Assembly (NCBI GenBank): GCA_028876695.1
Contig: JAGWRH010000111.1
Location: forward strand, 1 to 33,459
Reading direction: 5' to 3'
DNA from: Acidobacteriota bacterium
Lineage (GTDB): Bacteria > Acidobacteriota > Terriglobia > Acidiferrales > UBA7541
Length of the DNA stretch: 33,459 bases
Shown here: positions 27,922 through 33,459 of the stretch, piece by piece
Position numbering within the stretch: the first letter of the stretch is position 1
How the letters are laid out: each line of letters begins with the position of its first letter
Notes under the pieces: generated by a model
Databases searched by the model: none
Told to the model about the DNA's origin: nothing
Seen by the model: the letters and a program-made list of their open reading frames with translations, nothing else
Position numbers and translations under genes: made by a program

Positions 27922-28497
27922 ATGAGCAGCGACGGCGCGCGGCCATTCATGCGTCGGACAAAAGTTGAATCCGCCCCTATCCGAACAGGGCGCCTCGCGA
28001 GCGTGGAGCACCGGTATGACCGCGCTCCGCACATCGACTCGCTGATCCAGTTGGTGTCTGTGCGCGTCGTCCGGCTCTCGGACTTACTTCTGCGCATCGG
28101 CAAGATTACATTCGAGCGGCGATTCGGCGTAAAGCTAACGGAGCTCCGGATTCTGATCATTCTCGGGGCTTTTCATTCCATTTCGGTGAACGAAATAAGC
28201 CGCAGAACGCATATCGACAAGGCCTGGATCAGCCGTTCGCTGCGAGGACTGCTCGGCCGCAAGTTGATTAAGAGGACGCCCCATCCCGCCGATAACCGCG
28301 CTTCCTCGTTGTCCTTGACGAAGAAGGGCGAGGAGCTGTTACGGCGTATCGCGCCGGTCGCGGAGGAGTATCAGCGCCAGCTGCTTGAGGGACAGAAAAG
28401 CCGCGACGTGGAACAAATGCTCGACCTGCTGGCGGAACGCGCCGAAGGAATTTACCAGCACGAAAGTCGGCAGCAGAAGCAGGTGGCGCGCCGTTAG
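27922..28497 (+). CDS. MarR-family transcriptional regulator
   Basis: The winged-helix core is LTELRILIILGAFHSISVNEISRRTHIDKAWISRSLRGLLGRKLIKRTPHPADNRASSLSLTKKGEELL. I prefer the ATG at 27922, which follows GGGAGA at 9-nt spacing. The track start at 27916 is TTG. Confidence 0.85.
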   Translation: MSSDGARPFMRRTKVESAPIRTGRLASVEHRYDRAPHIDSLIQLVSVRVVRLSDLLLRIGKITFERRFGVKLTELRILIILGAFHSISVNEISRRTHIDKAWISRSLRGLLGRKLIKRTPHPADNRASSLSLTKKGEELLRRIAPVAEEYQRQLLEGQKSRDVEQMLDLLAERAEGIYQHESRQQKQVARR

Positions 28498-28548
28498 CGC
28501 GGCTGCGCCGCCACCCGATCACCCACCCGATTTACTCGCCATGCCAGC

Positions 28549-30339
28549 TTAGGCCCATTCGTCAATCGAAGTGCCACGGTCCGGCATAAAATCCGTGGCG
28601 AACCACACGCTTGCGGTCTTTCCGCCGGTGACGATCGCGTGAATGGCATTCGCATTCGCGAACGGTTTGATCAGCGTATCGCCGGTAACACCCAGCCAAT
28701 CCGCGTACGGTTTCAGTCCTTGGCGCGCCAGCGGAGCGAGCATGCTGGACACAATCGAATTCCCCCAGTACGACTCCGCGGTCTTCTGAACGTTCTGCGA
28801 GAGCCACTGACCGAGCGCCGCCTTGGTTTTGAAACCTTGCACGCCACTCAACAGATCCGCAACGGATGGGTCCATAATCAGCGTGGCGCCCATCCCTGAA
28901 AGCGACGACATATAGTCGCGCATCAGGAATTGCGGTGCGTAGTGCTGCTCCACCCAACCCGTGCTATTGATGAAATTCCAGCCGGTGAAGATCGTCACCA
29001 CGCTGTCCGTTGCCTGATGCCCCAACTGGACGTGCAAAGGCTGCCATCCCGGCGGCAGAGCCTCCTCGTTTTCGGCGAAGCAGAGGTTGTCGTACCGGAG
29101 CGGGTTGCTGAGCGAAGCGAAACCGGTCACGCCCTCGACGTATCCCTGAATGACTTTGTGTATCAGGGTCATCGAGCGGCCGATAACTGCGTTCGCCTCA
29201 TTGTCCGGGCCCAGAGCGCCCATCCCGGAGTTCATGCCGATCTTGTTGCGGATCGGACCGTTGACCACGACCATCTGCGCGATCGAGGTCGTGGAATCCT
29301 GATACGGCACTCGAGTTGAGAGCGCCAGGATGACCGGCAGATATTCCGGCCTCGCGCCGGCCATAACGGCAATTGTGGCGACTTTCTCGACGGTGAACGG
29401 GCGGCGCGAGCCGAACGTCCCCGCGGCGCTTTTCACCACTTCATCCGGCGCGTGGCTGGTGCCCTTGAGCATGGCGGCGACCCGCTCCGGCGTGGGAAGG
29501 ATTACCGGGTTGTAGTCCGTCCAGCCCTTCTGCCGAAACAGGTCCTGCAGGTTGTCCTGGCTATCCGGCCGAAGCATGCGCGGCTCGGCCGCAGGCGCAT
29601 CTGGCGACGGTCCTGACAAATTCTCCCTGGCCGAGAGCGGTTTTGTAAGCCCATCGACAATTGCGCGCATAAAAGGCGCGCCGCTGACGGTATCTTTGCC
29701 GTGGACGTACGACGCCAGCACCGAGCGCGGCTGGCCGGAGAACGGAAAAGGTACGCCGACAAAGCGCAGCGGCATGCCGGTGTTGTACTGGAAATTAGCT
29801 CCGAGCCCGAACGACACGACGTTTGAGCCCGCAAGAGACACGGTTGGGATGTGATACTTCTGCTCGATTTCTCCAGCTTCGCGGCTCACGGCCCCGACGC
29901 AGCCGTGTCAACCGGCTACACCGATGACGACGCCGTCGCCGTGATTCCCGGCGATCTCCTTCCACAGGCCCGGATCATCGGTAACGAAGTTGCCGGCCTT
30001 GATCTTGATGATTATCTTTGCGCTGGGAATGTTCTGCGCAAACCATTTCTGGATTTCTTCCAGGATGCCGTCGTTCTGCTGCATCCCTCCCCAGTCTGTA
30101 TCCACCAGGTAAATGGTTTTACCTTCGAGCGTGCTGAGCCGCGGCGCAAGCGGAACGCGGTCCGCGAACCTCGTTGCGATCGCGGGATTCAGCACCGACA
30201 CCATACTGTTATCCGACCCGCAATTTGCGGCTTCTGGGACACGTTTTGAGGCTGCCGGAGAGGTACGAGCAAATGACGGGCTAACCGCCGCGAGGGCCGG
30301 ACTTACACCGAGCAGCGCCAACATTTTTCGTCGATCCAT
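28549..30339 (-). CDS. Putative selenoprotein, paralog 1 (~596 aa): Tat-like signal, GrdB/PrdB-like UxxC redox module, ~450-aa module of unknown family; in-frame UGA at 29910-29908
   Basis: Track ORFs 29908-30441 and 28549-29889 share one frame (both upper bounds are divisible by 3). Hand translation across the junction gives ...GDGVVIGVAG-TGA-HGCVGA-GTG(V)-SREAGEIEQKYHIPTV. The GTG used by the track as a start is only 6 codons after the TGA. I chose the ATG at 30339 because GGAGG lies at 30350-30346 with a 6-nt spacer. The N-terminus reads MDRRKMLALLGVSPALAAVSPSFA. The coding potential of both halves is certain. Read-through as Sec is an inference. Confidence 0.7.
29880..29907 (-). promoter_or_regulatory. 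Candidate SECIS-like hairpin(s) immediately 3' of the UGA of paralog 1
   Basis: The mRNA reads UGA CACGGCUGCGUCGGGGCCGUGAGCCGCG. Option A: CACGGC (29907-29902) pairs perfectly with GCCGUG (29892-29887), leaving a 9-nt loop. Option B starts 11 nt after the UGA: CGGGGC (29896-29891) pairs with GCCGCG (29885-29880) with one G-G mismatch and loop CGUGA. Folded by eye only. Confidence 0.4.
29908..29910 (-). other. In-frame UGA, candidate selenocysteine codon (motif GVAG-U-HGC)
   Basis: Plus-strand tca at 29908-29910. The flanking codons are GGT (Gly) on the 5' side and CAC GGC TGC (His-Gly-Cys) on the 3' side. Paralog 2 has a UGA at the same motif position. Confidence 0.7.
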
Positions 30340-30376
30340 ATTCCGCCTCCGCTTCCGATTCGCGATCTGCTTCTCT

Positions 30377-32140
30377 TCAGTGGGCACCGTTACTTGGTTC
30401 ATCCGGCAGGCCGCAACTTCCGTCGGCGCAGCCGTCTGCAAGCGGCTTCGCCCGCCATTTATCGACAGAAGCGCTGACGGTGTGCGAAAAATCCGAAACC
30501 TTCCACATTGGGCTCGTTTCGCCCCCGACGACCACGATGTTCATGTTTTCCGGCTTATCATATGGGGCAATCAGCGCGTCTTTTGGCAATTTCTTCCAGG
30601 TAGCGTAAGGTTCCACGCCTTGAATCGCAACCGGACCCATGAGCATGTCGATCAGGTCGTTGTCCCAAAATTCGCCCGCGGGCATTTTGAAGTTTAATGA
30701 AAGCCACCGGCAAAAATCGAGCTTGGTTTGGAAACCTTCGTCGTGCTTCAGGTGGCGCGCTACGAGCGGGTCGAGTATGAGCGTCGCGGCAGAGAACAAT
30801 CCGGGCAGCGGCCGCAATTGGGTGAACATGTCCTCGCCAATCGATCGACGCGATGATCCGACGACATTGTTGATAAAATTCCAGCCGCGGAAGAGGCTGA
30901 CTGCGCTTTCATGCGCCTCGTAGCCCTTTTGCGCATGAAACGGTTCCCAGGGACTCCGTTCCTCGTTTTCCGCCACGCACATGTTGTTGTACCCGATCGG
31001 ATTGCCCTGCGACGTCCAGAACTGCTTTCTCAACCGGAAATAGCCCCAATTGATGCTCAGAAGAGTCCAGGCGCGGCCGATTACGGAATTGGCGAGCGCT
31101 CGGGGGCTGAATGCGCCAATACCGGAATTCATCTCGATCTCGTTGCGAATGGGACCGTTCACCAAAAGCATGGTCGCAAACGGGGTGGTCGAGCCGGGAA
31201 TCGAAGGCTGACCCGTTGAGGCCACGGCCAGAAGAACGGGCAGATGCTCGGGCCGCGCCCCGGCCATCACCCCAACAATCGCCACCATCTCGACCGTGAA
31301 TTTCAAGTGTTCGCGCGTGTCGTGAAGATAGATCTCGCCGACCACCTCGTCCGGCGCATGTGTAGTGCCGGTGAGCATATGCCCAACGCGCTCCTCGGTA
31401 GGCAGGATGATCGGAAGACCGTCGGTCCAGCCGCGCTCGTAGAACAGGCGCTGCAGATTGTCCTCTGTATCGGGTTCCAGCAGTGCTTGCCGTACGCCGG
31501 TCCGCGTGACTGGCACGTACGTATCGGCGCGCTCATCTTCTCCAAGCGGTTTGGTGAGGGCTTCAATGATCTCGTCAGTCACGCTGCGATGGCTTGCCGG
31601 ATCCGTTCCCTCGATGTATTTGCGAAGCACCGCCGCGGTCATTCCCGCGACCGGATGCGGTGTGTATGTAAAGCGGAGCGGAACGCCATGGAAGCGGCGA
31701 TCGTCCGCAAGAACGGCGGCGAATTCGAGGGTGGACACCGGCGCCGTCGGAATTCCGTATTCCTGTTCAAGCGTGCGGGAGCAAGTGGCAACTGCCACCG
31801 CGCAGCCGGGTCAACCAGCGACGCCCAAAATCGCGGCGTCACCGTGCTCCTCGATTTCCAGCCACAAATCTTTGGTGTCGTCGCGAAACACGTTGCCCGG
31901 CTTTCGCCGGCGCACGGTCTTCACGGCCGGCATATGCTCCTGGAACCATGACTGCATTTCATCCAGAAATTTGCCGCTGCCGCCGAATCCTGTATCGACC
32001 AGATAAACGGTCTTGCCTTTCAGCGTATCGAGACGTGGCGCCATGCCTGACGATGCGCCTCTTCCTGGTGGCGCTCCATCGGGAGTGATCGTTCGATAGC
32101 CTTCGGGATTCAACACTGCGGACGTTACTTGCGTAGCCAT
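30377..32140 (-). CDS. Putative selenoprotein, paralog 2 (~587 aa): UxxC redox module plus ~450-aa module of unknown family; in-frame UGA at 31813-31811
   Basis: Track ORFs 31811-32140 and 30377-31798 share one frame (both upper bounds = 1 mod 3). The junction reads ...DAAILGVAG-TGA-PGCA-GTG(V)-AVATCSRTLEQEYGIPTA. The ATG at 32140 is preceded by AGGAG (32152-32148) with a 7-nt spacer. The protein aligns along its whole length with paralogs 1 and 3. Confidence 0.7.
31785..31798 (-). promoter_or_regulatory. Candidate SECIS-like hairpin 12 nt 3' of the UGA of paralog 2
   Basis: The mRNA reads UGA CCCGGCUGCGCG GUGGC AGUU GCCAC U. This gives a perfect 5-bp stem (31798-31794 / 31789-31785) and a tetraloop AGUU containing G-U. 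A flanking G-U wobble is possible. Folded by eye only. Confidence 0.45.
31811..31813 (-). other. In-frame UGA, candidate selenocysteine codon (motif GVAG-U-PGC)
   Basis: Plus-strand tca at 31811-31813. The flanking codons are GCT GGT (Ala-Gly) on the 5' side and CCC GGC TGC (Pro-Gly-Cys) on the 3' side. Confidence 0.7.
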
Positions 32141-32198
32141 GCGCCTGCTCCTGAATCGAGTTCTGGTAACAAATTACAGCGATGTGAAGAAAGGCCGG

Positions 32199-33459
32199 TC
32201 AGATCCACTCATCGACCGGCGCGCTCTTGACGTATCGCATCCCGCCGTAATCCCAATACAGATTATTCGACGATCCAGTGACGAGGACGTTGATTTGCGC
32301 TTTGCTTCGGAAATGCGGCGTCGATTCGTCCTGGCTCTGATAGAGAAACTGGGTAAGCTTCTCGACCGTGTCGTAGCCCTCGCTCTTCATGTAATTGGCC
32401 ACGGCCGGGCTAAGGACGGCCAGGATTCCGAAGAGTTGATCCTGATCGTTCGAGATGTTTTTCAGTTCCTGGGCGAAGTTCATATCTTTCGACCATATCG
32501 CGTGTCTGGAGTTCTTGGCCGAAATCACGCCCCAGCCCTCGAAGATGCTCACCACGTTGTCGCCCGCCTTGAATCCGTGGCGGGCGCTGAACGGCTGCCA
32601 TGGCGATTCTTTTTCGTTTTCGGCAATAATGATGTTGGCGTAATTCATCGGATTCCCGATCACGCCCATGTAAGTCTCACCGGCCTTGCCGCAATTTCCT
32701 CCGTTCAGCGAAAGCAGCGCATAGGCCCGGCCGATGGTGGCATTGGCGTGGCTGAAAGGCCCCAGTGCGCCGATGTGATAATTCAGGCCGATCTGATCGC
32801 GAATCGGACCGTTAATCACAACCGCTTCGGCAAACGAATTGTCCGAGCTTGAGATGGATTCCTTGCCGATGGATGCAATTGCCAAGATCACCGGAAAATA
32901 TTTCGGGTCGGCTCCCGCCATCACGGCATTCACCGCTACCTGCTTCACCGTGTACGACCAGTCTTCATAGACCCCTGGTGTCGGCGACATACGCCCGACG
33001 ATCTCGTCGGGCTTTCGGCTGGTGCCCTTGAGCATCGCTTCAACACGGTCCTCGGTCGGAAGCACGATGGGCAGGTAATCCGTCATTCTTTTTTCGATGA
33101 ACAAGCGCTGCAGGTTATCGGAGCTGTCGGGACCGAACGTTGCCGCGCCTGCGGATTGCGGGATCGTCCGGCTCGCGGTGTCTTCGTTGTTGAGCGGTAC
33201 CGTCAGTTGGTCAACGATCTCCTTCATCACGGCTTTGCCAGTGACGGGATCATTGCCGTCGATCACGTCGCGCTGGAGTTGTTCCGCCGTCTTGCCCCAG
33301 ACGGGCGATTTCACATAGGTGAATCGCAAGTGCGGCATACCTTTTTTCGCGGCATTTTCCTGCACGAGCTGCTGGAAATACTGGGTGATGATCGAGACGG
33401 TCGGCTTGTGATATTCGGATTCGAAGAAGACGTTATGGCCAACGACCGCTGGCGAGCAG
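32199..33459 (-). CDS. Paralog 3 of the same family; 5' end runs off the window at the UxxC motif
   Basis: The track calls GTG at 33365 as the start, but the frame stays open to the window edge. Hand translation of 33458-33366 gives CSPAVVGHNVFFESEYHKPTVSIITQYFQQL, followed by VQENAAKKGMPHLRFTYV... The Cys at 33458-33456 aligns with the Cys of U-x-G-C in paralogs 1 and 2. Base 33459 (C on the minus strand) fits the GGC Gly codon seen in both other copies. Confidence 0.8.
   Translation of the reverse strand, partial: CSPAVVGHNVFFESEYHKPTVSIITQYFQQLVQENAAKKGMPHLRFTYVKSPVWGKTAEQLQRDVIDGNDPVTGKAVMKEIVDQLTVPLNNEDTASRTIPQSAGAATFGPDSSDNLQRLFIEKRMTDYLPIVLPTEDRVEAMLKGTSRKPDEIVGRMSPTPGVYEDWSYTVKQVAVNAVMAGADPKYFPVILAIASIGKESISSSDNSFAEAVVINGPIRDQIGLNYHIGALGPFSHANATIGRAYALLSLNGGNCGKAGETYMGVIGNPMNYANIIIAENEKESPWQPFSARHGFKAGDNVVSIFEGWGVISAKNSRHAIWSKDMNFAQELKNISNDQDQLFGILAVLSPAVANYMKSEGYDTVEKLTQFLYQSQDESTPHFRSKAQINVLVTGSSNNLYWDYGGMRYVKSAPVDEWI

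Noticed and set aside
28485-28509. GC-rich palindromes (GGCGCGCC; GCGGC-TGC-GCCGC) between the convergent MarR gene and selenoprotein paralog 1, considered as a bidirectional terminator
   Set aside because: The stems are only 4-5 bp and there is no U-tract on either strand, so I cannot support an intrinsic terminator.
29908-31813. The two in-frame TGAs read as pseudogenising nonsense mutations, or as genuine stops separating small and large genes
   Set aside because: The TGA occupies the identical column of a conserved GVAG-x-xGC motif in two diverged paralogs. The codons after it conserve xGC. The supposed downstream starts are GTGs without SD only 6 codons later. Paralog 3 is open through the equivalent region. 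Recoding still needs experimental or comparative proof.
1-33459. Scan for CRISPR arrays, tRNA/rRNA genes, IS elements, integrases and toxin-antitoxin or defence genes
   Set aside because: The intergenic regions are short (285 nt at most) and show no cloverleaf-like or repeat-spacer structure. No ORF shows transposase, integrase or nuclease motifs. The only tandem repeats are the coding repeats at 1-2140.

Overview
GC-rich (about 60% by eye) bacterial chromosomal segment. The gene content (choice-of-anchor-D-type repeat lipoprotein, VanZ/LamG protein, Wza/Wzc exopolysaccharide genes, PQQ dehydrogenase) suggests a soil Acidobacteriota-like organism, but that is a guess. Layout: (i) 1-2332 (-), a 3'-truncated repeat-lipoprotein gene missing from the ORF track because it runs off the window. 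(ii) 2618-5325 (+), a VanZ/LamG membrane protein plus an LhgO-like flavoenzyme. (iii) 5382-19993 (-), a ~14.6 kb co-directional envelope glycoconjugate/exopolysaccharide cluster with several 4-nt stop/start overlaps: TPR protein, O-antigen-ligase-family protein, Wza, Wzc, SDR epimerase/dehydratase, GT2-methyltransferase fusion, GT-C membrane glycosyltransferase, ABC-2 permease, ACP-FAAL-acyltransferase fusion. (iv) 20061-27712, an oxidoreductase neighbourhood: LolD-type ABC ATPase, small membrane protein, GlcD/Dld-like FAD oxidase, FMN alpha-hydroxyacid dehydrogenase, ThDP enzyme, PQQ dehydrogenase with a cupredoxin-like tail. (v) 27922-28497 (+), a MarR regulator. (vi) 28549-33459 (-), the most interesting part: three tandem paralogous ~590-aa genes. 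The ORF track splits two of them at an in-frame TGA inside a conserved GVAG-U-xGC motif (a UxxC selenocysteine context resembling GrdB/PrdB), followed by a hairpin at SECIS-like spacing. The third paralog runs off the window exactly at that motif. I recognised no rRNA, tRNA, CRISPR array, transposase or phage genes.
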